Shown here: positions 23,448 to 33,690 of the stretch, piece by piece
How positions within the stretch are numbered: position 1 is the stretch's first letter
How the letters are laid out: each line of letters opens with the position of its first letter
Origin: Naegleria gruberi
Taxonomy: Eukaryota
Strand: one strand, 5' to 3'
Assembly: GCA_000004985.1 (NCBI GenBank)
Contig: GG738923.1
DNA length: 64,000 nt
Made by a program: the position numbers and the translations under genes
The notes under the pieces: model-generated
Told to the model about the DNA's origin: nothing
Seen by the model: the letters and a program-made list of their open reading frames with translations, nothing else
Database searches by the model: none

Positions 23448-24971
23448 TTGTTCATTACAAAAGAGAATCAAGAATCTCTTGAACGCATGAATGGGTTTCC
23501 ATCAAGTCCATTTTCCTTCAATCAATTCATTTTGGTGAGGAATTTTAAAAGCAACTTTAAAAAAATGCAAAAACAACAACAACAATTAATGAAACAAACA
23601 TTGAAGGCAGCAGTCTCCTTGAAGAAGATTAACAAATTTGGTACTGTTGTTGGTAATGTTGTTCATCTCTCGGAAAATAAGAGAAGATTTACTTCATCAC
23701 TTATTAATGGAACATCATCTTGTAGTAGTAGTAATAATAATAATAGCTTTGATAAGAGAGTGAGAGGAATTTATTTTGATTTTGGTGCTACAACACCAAC
23801 AGATCCTAGAGTACTTGATGCCATGCTTCCGTTCATGACAGAAGTTTATGGTAATCCACACTCTAGAACACACGAATTTGGTTGGGATTCTGAGAAGGCT
23901 GTCGAATTGGCTAGAAAACAAGTTGGTGATTTAATCGGAGCAAGTCCTAAGGAAATTGTATTTACAAGTGGAGCAACAGAATCGAATAATACTGCATTGA
24001 AAGGTGTTGCTCGTTTCGTAAAGGATAAGAAGAAACATATTATTACAACACAAACAGAACATAAATGTGTTTTGGATACTTGTAGACATTTAGAAGAAGA
24101 AGGATTTACAGTAACATATTTACCAGTACAAAAGAATGGATTAATTGATTTGGCAGAATTGGAAAAGGCCATTACACCAGAAACTGCTTTGGTCAGTGTC
24201 ATGTTCGTTAATAATGAAATTGGTGTGATACAACCAATCAAGGAAATTGGTGCTTTATGTAGAAAGAACAAGGTTTTATTACACACTGATGCTGCTCAAG
24301 CTTTTGGTAAAATTCCAATTAATGTTGATGATATGAATATTGATTTAATGTCAATCAGTGGTCACAAGATTTATGGTCCAAAAGGTATTGGTGCTCTCTA
24401 TGTTAGAAGAAAGCAGCCAAGAGTTAGAATTCATCCACTCATTAATGGTGGTGGTCAAGAAGGTGGTCGTAGATCAGGTACATTGGCTGCTCCATTGTGT
24501 GTTGGTTTGGGGGAAGCAGCAAGAATTGCTTCTGAAGAAATGGAAAGAGATTTAACTCATGTCACTCAATTATCTCAAAAACTTATTAGTAGCCTTAGAA
24601 CTAGATGTGAACACGTTATTTTGAATGGTGATGAAAATTTGAGATATCCTGGTAATGTTAACATTAGTTTTGAATTTGTTGAAGGCGAAAGTTTATTGAT
24701 GGCTTTGAATTCTGTCGCTTTATCATCAGGTAGTGCTTGTACTAGTGCTTCCCTTGAACCAAGCTATGTATTACGTGCTTTGGGAGTTTCTGAAGAAGTA
24801 GCTCACACATCACTTCGTTTTGGTATTGGTAGATTTACAACTGAGGAAGAAATTGATTTTGTAATTAACAAGACTGCTACTGAAGTATTAAGATTGAGAG
24901 AACTGAGTCCACTCTATGAAATGTTCAAAGAAGGTGTTGATATTTCCAAGATTCAATGGAATGAACACTAA
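23448..24971 (+). CDS. NFS1: Cysteine desulfurase NFS1/IscS (mitochondrial Fe-S cluster biogenesis); intronless, N-terminal presequence
   Basis: Colinear and highly similar to NFS1: [19 protein letters not shown]...[13 protein letters not shown]...[10 protein letters not shown]...[11 protein letters not shown]...[20 protein letters not shown]...[21 protein letters not shown]...[12 protein letters not shown]. The PLP-binding Lys and the active Cys loop are present. The true start may be the internal Met at about 23559 (MQKQQQ...). Confidence 0.9.
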   Translation: MFITKENQESLERMNGFPSSPFSFNQFILVRNFKSNFKKMQKQQQQLMKQTLKAAVSLKKINKFGTVVGNVVHLSENKRRFTSSLINGTSSCSSSNNNNSFDKRVRGIYFDFGATTPTDPRVLDAMLPFMTEVYGNPHSRTHEFGWDSEKAVELARKQVGDLIGASPKEIVFTSGATESNNTALKGVARFVKDKKKHIITTQTEHKCVLDTCRHLEEEGFTVTYLPVQKNGLIDLAELEKAITPETALVSVMFVNNEIGVIQPIKEIGALCRKNKVLLHTDAAQAFGKIPINVDDMNIDLMSISGHKIYGPKGIGALYVRRKQPRVRIHPLINGGGQEGGRRSGTLAAPLCVGLGEAARIASEEMERDLTHVTQLSQKLISSLRTRCEHVILNGDENLRYPGNVNISFEFVEGESLLMALNSVALSSGSACTSASLEPSYVLRALGVSEEVAHTSLRFGIGRFTTEEEIDFVINKTATEVLRLRELSPLYEMFKEGVDISKIQWNEH

Positions 24972-24985
24972 GTTTCAAAAGTGTA

Positions 24986-24991
24986 AATAAA
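24986..24991 (+). promoter_or_regulatory. AATAAA polyadenylation signal 15 nt downstream of the NFS1 stop
   Basis: AATAAA hexamer immediately 3' of the TAA at 24969-24971. Confidence 0.3.
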
Positions 24992-25400
24992 TCAATATTG
25001 TTAAATCATTATGAAAGCTTCAAATCAACTATAATTCTCCGGTAAGCATTACAAATTAACATTACAATGAAAAATAGGTGTTCAAAAGTGAGCTTACTCT
25101 TGAACGTCTTCTTATTGAACGTTGAAACGAATAAGTAGAAAGTTGAGGACACAAATTTTAGAACGAACGGACAATGAGAAGACTGCTATCCAACGATCAC
25201 AACAATTATGCTGATCATTGCGTACTCATATTACCTGACAATATATTTGCACAACATGGTTGAATTACTTTATCAGTACCTTATTATCGTTATCATCACT
25301 CAATGTCCAACAAGTGTAAGATGATGCTATTATCTAATTTCCCTCCAATATTTTTGCCATCAGGATTGATCCGCCTAATATTAAAATTCTCAAGAAAAAA

Positions 25401-27014
25401 ATGTCCACACAAGAGGCAACATCAACATTATCGGCAATGGAATCATTGTCTCGATACGTCAACATCTTTAACAAACTTGCCGATATTCTTGTTGGAGAGT
25501 TTCAAAATCACCCATATCGTTCATTGATTGATGTTTCAATTATTGTTTTAATTGTTTGGTATTTGATGAGCAAGAGACGTTCAGCTGTGCCACCACAAAA
25601 ACTTTCCAAGAAACAAGAAGATGAAATTATTGAAGATTGGGAACCTGTACCACTTGTTCCAACCTCTGATGATAGCAATGTTGATGCTACAATTAATGCT
25701 ATGAAGGAACATGAATATGTCGTCACTTCAGTTGCCGATGTTGAATTCACTGTTGAAGGAAAGAAGGACAAGGTTATTAACTTTGGTACTAATAACTTTT
25801 TGGGTTTTATTGGTGATAAGGATATTCATGAAAAGTGTAAGGATACTGTTCGTGAATATGGTGTTGGTAGTTGTGGTCCTCGTGGTTTCTATGGTACTAT
25901 TGATGTTCATCTTGATTTTGAAAAGTTGTGTGCCAAGTTTATGGGAACCGAAGCTTGTATTTTGTACTCTTTCGGTTTTTGTACAGTCAGTTCTGTTATT
26001 CCAGCATTTTCCAAGCGTGAAGATGTTATTCTTTGTGATGAAGCTTGTAATTATGCCATCAAGACTGGTTGTCATTTAGCCCGTTCAACTGTTGGTTACT
26101 TTAAACATAATAATGTTAAAGCTCTTGAAGATATGATGAAGGAAATTGTTGCAAATGATAATGGTGCCACTCCAAAGAATCGTCGTTTCATTGTTGTTGA
26201 AGGTGTTTATGAAAATAATGGTGATATTGCTAATTTGAAGGAAATTATTGCTTTGAAGAAGAAATATGTCGGATTTAGAATTATTCTTGATGATAGTTAT
26301 GGTGTTGGTGTTTTGGGTAAAACTGGTAGAGGAACAATTGAACACTTTGGTTTGGATATTAATGATTTTGAAATTGTTTGTGTTAACATGGAAAATTCAT
26401 TCGGATCTGTTGGTGGTGTTTGTGTTGGATCTAACATTATTGTTGATCACCAAAGATTATCTGGTGCTGGTTACTGTTTCTCTGCTTCTTTGCCTCCATA
26501 TTTGTCAACTGCTGCTATTGAAGCTATGAATAAGCTTGATACTAATCCTGATAGCTATTTGGTTCCACTCCAAAAGAATGTTACCCTCCTCTCTGAAACT
26601 CTTAACAAGAAGATTTCATTCAAGAATTCCAAGTTGGTTCTTCTCCATGAAGATAAATGTCCAATCTTCCACATTCGTCTTGCTGATGATCACCCTGCTA
26701 AGGCTGCTTTACTTGAAGCTAAGAAGCAAGTTGACCAATTCAAGTCCAAGAAGAATAAGAAGCAAATGGCTCAAGCCAGTATTCTTTTCTATGAAGAAAG
26801 AAATAAGGTTCAACAAAAGTTCAAGGATATTGTTTCTAAGGCTATTGACCAAGGAGTTGCTGTCGTTTGTCCAAATTATACACACAGAGAAATTACCTTA
26901 CCTGAACCAGGTTTGAGATTATCAGTCTCTTCCAAACATACCAAACAACACCTTGAAAAGTGTGCTGATGTTTTGTCTTCTCTTTTTGCGGAAATTTTGC
27001 CATCAAAGATGTAA
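25401..27014 (+). CDS. Serine palmitoyltransferase long-chain-base subunit 1 (LCB1/SPTLC1-like; alpha-oxoamine synthase family); intronless
   Basis: N-terminal transmembrane segment, then the class-II aminotransferase fold: ...NFLGFIGDKDIHEKCKDTVREYGVGSCGPRGFYGTIDVHLDFEKLCAKFMGTEACILYSFGF.... The LCB1-type motifs are consistent with the non-catalytic subunit. Confidence 0.8.
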   Translation: MSTQEATSTLSAMESLSRYVNIFNKLADILVGEFQNHPYRSLIDVSIIVLIVWYLMSKRRSAVPPQKLSKKQEDEIIEDWEPVPLVPTSDDSNVDATINAMKEHEYVVTSVADVEFTVEGKKDKVINFGTNNFLGFIGDKDIHEKCKDTVREYGVGSCGPRGFYGTIDVHLDFEKLCAKFMGTEACILYSFGFCTVSSVIPAFSKREDVILCDEACNYAIKTGCHLARSTVGYFKHNNVKALEDMMKEIVANDNGATPKNRRFIVVEGVYENNGDIANLKEIIALKKKYVGFRIILDDSYGVGVLGKTGRGTIEHFGLDINDFEIVCVNMENSFGSVGGVCVGSNIIVDHQRLSGAGYCFSASLPPYLSTAAIEAMNKLDTNPDSYLVPLQKNVTLLSETLNKKISFKNSKLVLLHEDKCPIFHIRLADDHPAKAALLEAKKQVDQFKSKKNKKQMAQASILFYEERNKVQQKFKDIVSKAIDQGVAVVCPNYTHREITLPEPGLRLSVSSKHTKQHLEKCADVLSSLFAEILPSKM

Positions 27015-27387
27015 AATATTTATTTGTTAAATAATAATTAAAAAATTCAAATATACAATAATAATTCAAGATACAATGATGTGTTATTATTAATATAAGA
27101 AATATTAAGAATTTATAAGAGCTCCTTCTTTCACATTGTATCATTCACCTCAGTACACTGTAGTGAATAGATGAACAAACATATTATAATATTAATTAAG
27201 GTTTATGAGATGATTATAATATTAAAGTATGATCACTCAATTTTTGAAACATTTTTACTTAAATATTACTTGTATGCCCAAGCGGACCAAAAACTGGATA
27301 TTAAACCCCTTCAACTGTCAAACAACAAAATGGTTAATTATTATTAATTGCGAGATAAGATTCGAGGGATCATCTCAAAAAAAAACG

Positions 27388-28956
27388 ATGCATTCCAAAC
27401 GTACATTCTTATTGGCATGTTGCTTTGCCTTGATGTTGTGTTGTCAACTTTGGGCTGCATTCGTGCATGCTCAACAATTAGACGAAACTTCTACCTCCAA
27501 AACTTCACAAGCTTCCAGAAGTACAATTAGAGAATTCATTCTCGATCCAACTACTCGTCAAGTCATCGATCAAATGAAAATTGCAGTCAGCTCTGAACAA
27601 GAAGTTGAAATTGCTGAGAATTTCGTATTGATTGCTGCAAAATTGAGAGAAATTTATGAAACTATTCCAAAAGAAAGATTTGACGAAAGTGAAATTATTC
27701 AATTGAGAGAGGAATTATTGGAACTCATTCAATTCTTTACCAGAAAAGCCAATCGTCCAAGTGTTGACATGATGAAATATTCATTGATTCAAAGTGCTAC
27801 CGAAAGATATGTAAACGAAACTCAAAAGAAAAAAGATCTTTCTAAAAATAGTGAAGAATCTGATGCTGAATGGATCACTGCTGCCTTGAATATTGCCAGT
27901 AGTGTCATGAATATTGCAAATGACATTGGTACTTATCATGAAAAGATTTCCAAAGTTGGTAATTTCATTGCTAATCAAGTTTCTAATGGTTTGGATAAAG
28001 TTGGACTTAAGAAAGCTTCTGGATGGGCTAAAGATTTAGGAAATGGTATTTCAAAATTCTCAAATGAAAAGATTGCCCCAATTGAAAACAAAATTGCCAA
28101 GAAAATTGCACCAGTTGTCAAATCAGCTCCATTCCAAGCTGTCAGAAGAACTTTAAATGTTGTCACTGGAGTTATGAGTTTGAAATCTGGATTAAACCTG
28201 TTGGGTATGGCAAAGAATGTTAAATTACCAAAGAATTTCTCAGCCCTCAAGTCATCAATCAAAACAACCACAAAAGCTGCCAAATCACTTTTCAAGAATA
28301 AGCAAGCTCGTAGTCGTTTCTCAAGAATTGCCAAATTGACTGGAAAGAGAGCATACAGAACTTTCAAGAAGGCAGATTTAAAGACCAAGTACAAGACTGT
28401 TAAATCCTTATATGGAGGTGCTAAATCTATTAAGGGTGCTTTGACTTTTAAGAGAAATGAAAGAAAGCCAAGACAATCCAATAGAAGAAATAATCAAAAT
28501 AACAGATCTAGACAATATGGAAGAAATAGAAGAAACCAAAATGGAAGAAGAAATAACAGATCAAATGGAAGACAAAGAAACAATTCTCGTTCCACCAATA
28601 ATAATAGAAGAGGCGGTAGAAGAGGTGGCAACAGAGGTGGCAGATCAGTCAATCGTAACAATCAAAGAAGAAATAATAACAGATCACGTGGAGGACAAGG
28701 AAGAAGAAACAATGGTTCAAGAAGAGGTGGTAACAGAGGTAATACTTCAAGAAATTCTCCAAGAAGACACAACACTGGTGGCAGATCTCGTCAATCCAAT
28801 AACAATAGAAGAAGAAGCAACTCTAGACCATCTTATGGAAATAGAGGAGGTAGATCATCTTATAGAAATTCTTCACCAAGAAGATCTTCACCAAGTAGAG
28901 GATACTCTCGTGGTGGTGGATCTAGATCATCATCTCGTGGAGGTGGTAGATCATGA
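27388..28956 (+). CDS. Secreted protein with amphipathic-helical N-domain and a long Arg/Gly/Ser/Asn-rich (RGG/RS-like) repetitive tail; ends at an in-frame TGA
   Basis: Signal peptide MHSKRTFLLACCFALMLCCQLWAAFVHA. A K-rich helical region follows, then about 170 aa of (R/G/N/S)n repeats. The TGA at 28954-28956 is followed in frame by 17 more repeat codons before the TAA at 29008-29010. Confidence 0.45.
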   Translation: MHSKRTFLLACCFALMLCCQLWAAFVHAQQLDETSTSKTSQASRSTIREFILDPTTRQVIDQMKIAVSSEQEVEIAENFVLIAAKLREIYETIPKERFDESEIIQLREELLELIQFFTRKANRPSVDMMKYSLIQSATERYVNETQKKKDLSKNSEESDAEWITAALNIASSVMNIANDIGTYHEKISKVGNFIANQVSNGLDKVGLKKASGWAKDLGNGISKFSNEKIAPIENKIAKKIAPVVKSAPFQAVRRTLNVVTGVMSLKSGLNLLGMAKNVKLPKNFSALKSSIKTTTKAAKSLFKNKQARSRFSRIAKLTGKRAYRTFKKADLKTKYKTVKSLYGGAKSIKGALTFKRNERKPRQSNRRNNQNNRSRQYGRNRRNQNGRRNNRSNGRQRNNSRSTNNNRRGGRRGGNRGGRSVNRNNQRRNNNRSRGGQGRRNNGSRRGGNRGNTSRNSPRRHNTGGRSRQSNNNRRRSNSRPSYGNRGGRSSYRNSSPRRSSPSRGYSRGGGSRSSSRGGGRS

Positions 28957-29010
28957 TCTCGTGGAAGTGGTAGATCAGGATCTCGTGGTGGTCGTGGAGG
29001 AAGACGTTAA
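28480..29010 (+). repeat. Imperfect tandem coding microsatellite (AGA/GGT/AAT-rich) encoding the RGG/RS tail
   Basis: Visible periodic reuse of aga-aga-aat / ggt-ggt-aga units. This also creates a spurious acidic ORF in an alternate frame (28457..29014). Confidence 0.6.
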
Positions 29011-29085
29011 ATAAATTCTTAACACACTATTCTCTACTGATCAATGAAAAAACGAAATAGAAAGGAAAGTGATTATTTATTTAAG

Positions 29086-32000
29086 CTAAAGAGAAGAAAT
29101 AACTGCAAAGATACAATAGAACATAAACAAATAATTGACATAACCAATGCTGTTAACATCATTTGTCTTTGGTTGAGTTGAATTACCGAATGAAGCAGAT
29201 GGTTGAATTGGTTGTGTTGCATTTCCAACTGTTAATTGATTATATGGTTGAATGTCATATTTAGTGTCAAACATTGAGGATTCTGCCTTGAAGGTAATAG
29301 TTTCATTCTTCAAATTGGCAACAGGTGCATTCACTTTTGGAACAAATTCAAAAGCCAAAGTTTGTTGGTTTACCAAAACAAAGTTGACCGAAGAGAAGAA
29401 AGTTGTCAAGCTTGAAGAACTCATTCTAAACAAATTGAAATTAGCAGCAGAAGACTGAGTTGTGATATTGCTTATAAAGTTCTTATCCCAGGCGTGATTA
29501 TCATCCAATATCTTGACATGAATTAAAGTAGTTTCAGATGTTGAGAATGAAGATGTAAAAGTTGAAGGTTGACCATTTGTGATGAAACTTAAAGAAAGTT
29601 GAGTAGCCTTCAATTCCAATGTAGACATTGTAAATCTACATTTTCTATCAGAGTATAACATGATAATGGATCCATGTTGAGAAAGTAATGAAATAGACAT
29701 CTTCTCTCCCTTCAAAGATAATGAACTACTAGAAGCATAAATTGAATTCGAATCTGAGAAAGAAGGAGAAGCAACTTGACCCTTCTTATTGACATACAGA
29801 TCAATATTACAATCATCCTGGGTGGTAACTTGGAAGATAAGACCCTTAACGTTATTCAATTCATACTTGTAGTATTTTTCGTAAGCAATGTCAATGTACA
29901 TATTTCCAGACACTTCTGGATCAATTGTGAGTTGACCAATGGCTCTTGTATTAATTTTAGAGTAATCAAGACTTTGAGCAATTTCTAATTGTCTTGTAAT
30001 GGCTAAAGTGCTTTCAATGGTTAATTGAATATATCTATTAGAAGTGTCAACTTTACAAAGAGAATTAATTGTTGCAATTGGTGAAATCAAAATTGCACCA
30101 TCAGAAAGAATGACAGTTTCTAATGTGGCTAAAACCTCTGCATTATTGGACATGACATGTGCTTTAACCCAATCCAATTGGACAACTTTACCATTAGTTG
30201 AATCAATTACTCTTAAAAAGAGGTTATTCCAGTCAATTGAGCTAGAACATGGAATTGCAAAGGCACCAACTTCTGATGAGGCCAATTTCTTGACCAATGA
30301 AGGGATACCATTTAAGAGTTTGTGATTGTGAATCAAGTTAACATTTACAGATTCTGAGCTTGTTCTATTAGGTGACAAGTAAAAAGTGTCAAAAGTCGAT
30401 GGAATTGGAATTGAAATTGGTGAACTTCCAATTGAGTATAAACCACTATTCATATTCAATGATTCATCAATAGAATTTGAGAAAGAAACCTTAGCTGACT
30501 TGGTGGATGAAAGTTTAACATATGGGAAAATGGAATTCTTTGCAACTTGTTGTTCAATCAACACATTTGTAGATAAACTCGAACTAGTCAACTGAGAGGC
30601 CATATATGGATCAAATCTAATAGATTCAATTATTACTTGATTAATAGGAACCAATTGAGCTACAACAATTTGAATCTTTGGAATGCTATTTCCATAATTA
30701 TTTTCCAATGAGAATGTGAAATGATGAATTCTGGATGGTAAGATTTCAACATTTCCAGTTTGTGTTTCGATATACTGGTACTTCTTGCCCTTGGTTTGGT
30801 AAATATTGTAATTGGAAATCCAACCTTCGTATACGAGAATGTCAAAACTTCCTTTGGCTTGCAGAGTTACCACATATCTATTCGAAACTGTTTCAACAGC
30901 TTGCACAAATGTATTCAAACTCATTGTATCACGAATAATCTCAGACAATCTGACAGTTGTTTTTGGATACACCATTCTATAGGCAATTGCATTTACAAAG
31001 TTGATATTAGCTCCAGAATATCCATAAATAGTAAAGTTTCTTGGAGCATTTTGAGAATAGTAATAATAGTAACCATTTTCAATCAAGGGAATAAATTGGA
31101 ATGGAAGACCTGTGATAGAACGATCAGATCTAAATGCCACAAAGTTATTGTCAAGGAAGGTCTTTTGGTGGTCAAAGTCAAATGTCGTAGTTGTTCCTAT
31201 TTGATAAGAACCTGTTGGTACATCCCTAAATCTGACAACTCTATCAGTAATATGAATATATGCAGAGACAATTCCACTTTCAAATATTTTAGTTGTAACT
31301 GTTGGTGCACTACCATAAACATTTGACAAATTAAAAATCTTAACCAAAATGTCAATATTAGACCACCAATGATCTTCAATTATCTTCACACTAATATAAT
31401 AGTTTGGAGTGAATGTAAAGGTACATCCAAATTTACAATTAATTGAGTCAGTTGAGTATTTGTAACCACTTGGTGGAGATGTACCAGTTGAGTATTCGAT
31501 GAAGTAATAGTTATCACTTGGTGCAATTTTAATTTCAAAGTAAAAGCTAACCATATCACTAATACCTTTCAGTGAAGGGATAGCATTTCCAGGTGAGTAG
31601 ACAGAATTGCTATCTACTGCTTTGTATGAAGAACTTTGTAAAGAATAACTTCCACTCAATAATGGAATAGCTGTCTTTTGAATGAAAGTCAATTCTTTGT
31701 CAACTTTGAGAATTTCATTGTTGATGGTAACATCGACTTGATAGGAAGATTCTACCTTACCAAATAATTGATACTCTGATAGGGATGCGGCTAATGCTTG
31801 AGCAGAGAGTTCAGCAATCAACTTGGGTTTGATTGCAACAGTTGTTGTAACCAAACTCCAGATTGTAATGTCAAAAACAGGATAAAGAGAAAATGTAGTG
31901 GTAGAAGAAGCTTCTAATCTTAAACCAGGAGAGCTGGATGACCATTCGAAACCTGCTCCAGTTCTAACAGGTCCATAACCAGTACCAGAAGCATATTGAT

Positions 32001-33285
32001 AACCAAAGTATTGTTCATAGCTCGCCTTAAAGTTTCTACTATATTCCAATAGACCAGAAGCTTGAATATCAAAGCTGTAGGCCAATTTTGGAACAATATC
32101 GACCCAGACAGGGATACCATAAATATTAAACTTGAAATTGATGGTTGAAAGTGTTGCTAGAATATCACCTTTAGAATAACTTAAACTTTTGCTTAAAGAT
32201 GCTTTGAGTGTTGCATCACCTTCAATCTTACCACCAATCAATGCTTGTGCTTTAGTGATTGAGAGCCATGACCATTCAAATTCAACTCTAAACTCTGCAT
32301 TCATGTAGACATAACACTTTTCACAAACAACCTTGAAATCTCCATAACTGGTTGAAGTTGAATAAAGAGGAAGAGATTCTTGTTTGACAGAACCTGTATT
32401 GACATCATAGTTGAAACCAACAGCGTAGAGTCGTTGTGTCCATGAAGAACGAGAATTCTTCTTTGCATCAGTTGAGTAGAGGGAAGTGAAATTCTTGTCA
32501 GTTTCTCTGGCAACAGGAGTTGACTTGTATGAAAGTTGACCATTCAAGAAGAGTTCGTTAGTCTTTAACATTCTAACATTGAAACTGATCTTGACCATTT
32601 CTCCTTGTTCTAATAAGATTGATCTAGACAAGACAAGGAATGCGAGTTGATCTTCTTTGCCATATTGGTCAATTGTGGAGCTGCCAAAACAATTCCACTT
32701 CTTACCAATAACCATACGAGTACCTGGAATCCACTTACGAGCAGTAAAGTGTCCATTAGCAAAATCAACTTGAATAGAACCATCTTCTTTACCACATTTG
32801 ACATCCCATACACTTTCTTCTTGATCAAGAAAGGCGACACCTGTCAACATGTTTGCCTCAAAGGAATATGAATGAAGTGATCCATCTTGGATGAAGTTGG
32901 CATGTTCATTCAATGATACATAATCTACACCTTCTACGAATAGCTTTCTAACATTTCTTATGTTAGAATTGGTTTCGTGTTGTTGGATTAGTTTTCTTGA
33001 AACAACTTCAGAGTGTGAATAGTGCTCAGTGGAGAAGGAGTATGGATCCTCTTCTCTTACACGATGCAATTGCTGAATAGTTTCGTATGGATGCATGGTT
33101 GGTGGTGTGAAAGGAATATTCTTTGACTTTCCAATAAGAATATTGAAAGAATCATCAGAATTGGAGGTTGTGCTTTCATGACTAAACATGCGCTTTCTTG
33201 CAAACTGAAGTGTTGTATCAGAGTGTACAACTCTCATACAAGCAGCCAAGCAAACAATGAATAGAACAAACACTATAGTTTTCAT
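29086..33285 (-). CDS. Very large (1399 aa) intronless secreted protein, beta-rich S/T/Y/N composition, C-terminal hydrophobic tail; unknown function (adhesin-like)
   Basis: Continuous 4.2-kb ORF. N-terminal signal peptide MKTIVFVLFIVCLAACMRVVHS and C-terminal hydrophobic YLFMFYCIFAVISSL (possible GPI anchor or TM). No recognisable catalytic motifs. Confidence 0.5.
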   Translation of the reverse strand: MKTIVFVLFIVCLAACMRVVHSDTTLQFARKRMFSHESTTSNSDDSFNILIGKSKNIPFTPPTMHPYETIQQLHRVREEDPYSFSTEHYSHSEVVSRKLIQQHETNSNIRNVRKLFVEGVDYVSLNEHANFIQDGSLHSYSFEANMLTGVAFLDQEESVWDVKCGKEDGSIQVDFANGHFTARKWIPGTRMVIGKKWNCFGSSTIDQYGKEDQLAFLVLSRSILLEQGEMVKISFNVRMLKTNELFLNGQLSYKSTPVARETDKNFTSLYSTDAKKNSRSSWTQRLYAVGFNYDVNTGSVKQESLPLYSTSTSYGDFKVVCEKCYVYMNAEFRVEFEWSWLSITKAQALIGGKIEGDATLKASLSKSLSYSKGDILATLSTINFKFNIYGIPVWVDIVPKLAYSFDIQASGLLEYSRNFKASYEQYFGYQYASGTGYGPVRTGAGFEWSSSSPGLRLEASSTTTFSLYPVFDITIWSLVTTTVAIKPKLIAELSAQALAASLSEYQLFGKVESSYQVDVTINNEILKVDKELTFIQKTAIPLLSGSYSLQSSSYKAVDSNSVYSPGNAIPSLKGISDMVSFYFEIKIAPSDNYYFIEYSTGTSPPSGYKYSTDSINCKFGCTFTFTPNYYISVKIIEDHWWSNIDILVKIFNLSNVYGSAPTVTTKIFESGIVSAYIHITDRVVRFRDVPTGSYQIGTTTTFDFDHQKTFLDNNFVAFRSDRSITGLPFQFIPLIENGYYYYYSQNAPRNFTIYGYSGANINFVNAIAYRMVYPKTTVRLSEIIRDTMSLNTFVQAVETVSNRYVVTLQAKGSFDILVYEGWISNYNIYQTKGKKYQYIETQTGNVEILPSRIHHFTFSLENNYGNSIPKIQIVVAQLVPINQVIIESIRFDPYMASQLTSSSLSTNVLIEQQVAKNSIFPYVKLSSTKSAKVSFSNSIDESLNMNSGLYSIGSSPISIPIPSTFDTFYLSPNRTSSESVNVNLIHNHKLLNGIPSLVKKLASSEVGAFAIPCSSSIDWNNLFLRVIDSTNGKVVQLDWVKAHVMSNNAEVLATLETVILSDGAILISPIATINSLCKVDTSNRYIQLTIESTLAITRQLEIAQSLDYSKINTRAIGQLTIDPEVSGNMYIDIAYEKYYKYELNNVKGLIFQVTTQDDCNIDLYVNKKGQVASPSFSDSNSIYASSSSLSLKGEKMSISLLSQHGSIIMLYSDRKCRFTMSTLELKATQLSLSFITNGQPSTFTSSFSTSETTLIHVKILDDNHAWDKNFISNITTQSSAANFNLFRMSSSSLTTFFSSVNFVLVNQQTLAFEFVPKVNAPVANLKNETITFKAESSMFDTKYDIQPYNQLTVGNATQPIQPSASFGNSTQPKTNDVNSIGYVNYLFMFYCIFAVISSL

Positions 33286-33690
33286 TGTTTAGGATTTTTT
33301 TGAGATGATGATTAAAGCAAAGCAAACTTTGCAACAATGGATAAAGATTCTATGAGTTTTGAATTCCTTACGCAAATATTTTGAATGGTCTTTACATTTT
33401 GTATGGAATGGTACAACAACTGAAGAATTGACAAAATTGATTGGCTGAAAAATTGTAAAGTGTTAAAGGTGATGGACGAATCAAGGGATTAAAGTACTTT
33501 TTTATCCTTAATTGCTCTTGTTTAGAGGGCAACAAGAACTGAAAATTTCTTTTTGTTCAAACTTGTCATCAATAGGATTTTTAAAAGTAAATTCTGTATA
33601 ACTCTACAATGTTAATCATTTTGTAAGAACCTGTAAAATGGATGTACTAAAAGGGGTAGTAATCGAACAATTTGAATAAGCTATGCTGAA

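Noticed and set aside
28457-29014. 185-aa highly acidic ORF (E/D/V/I-rich)
   Set aside because: It is the +1 frame of the AGA/GAA/GGT coding microsatellite that encodes the RGG/RS tail of the 27388-28956 gene. This is a frame artefact of repeat DNA, not an independent gene.
30760-31326. 188-aa ORF antisense inside the 1399-aa secreted-protein gene (and similar antisense/alternate-frame ORFs at 3613-3831, 4279-4497, 25711-26079, 25728-26075, 26085-26916, 27975-28481, 52584-52799, 57702-58325)
   Set aside because: All are embedded in longer ORFs with recognisable products or far better coding character on the other strand or frame. This is typical spurious ORF noise in AT-rich DNA.
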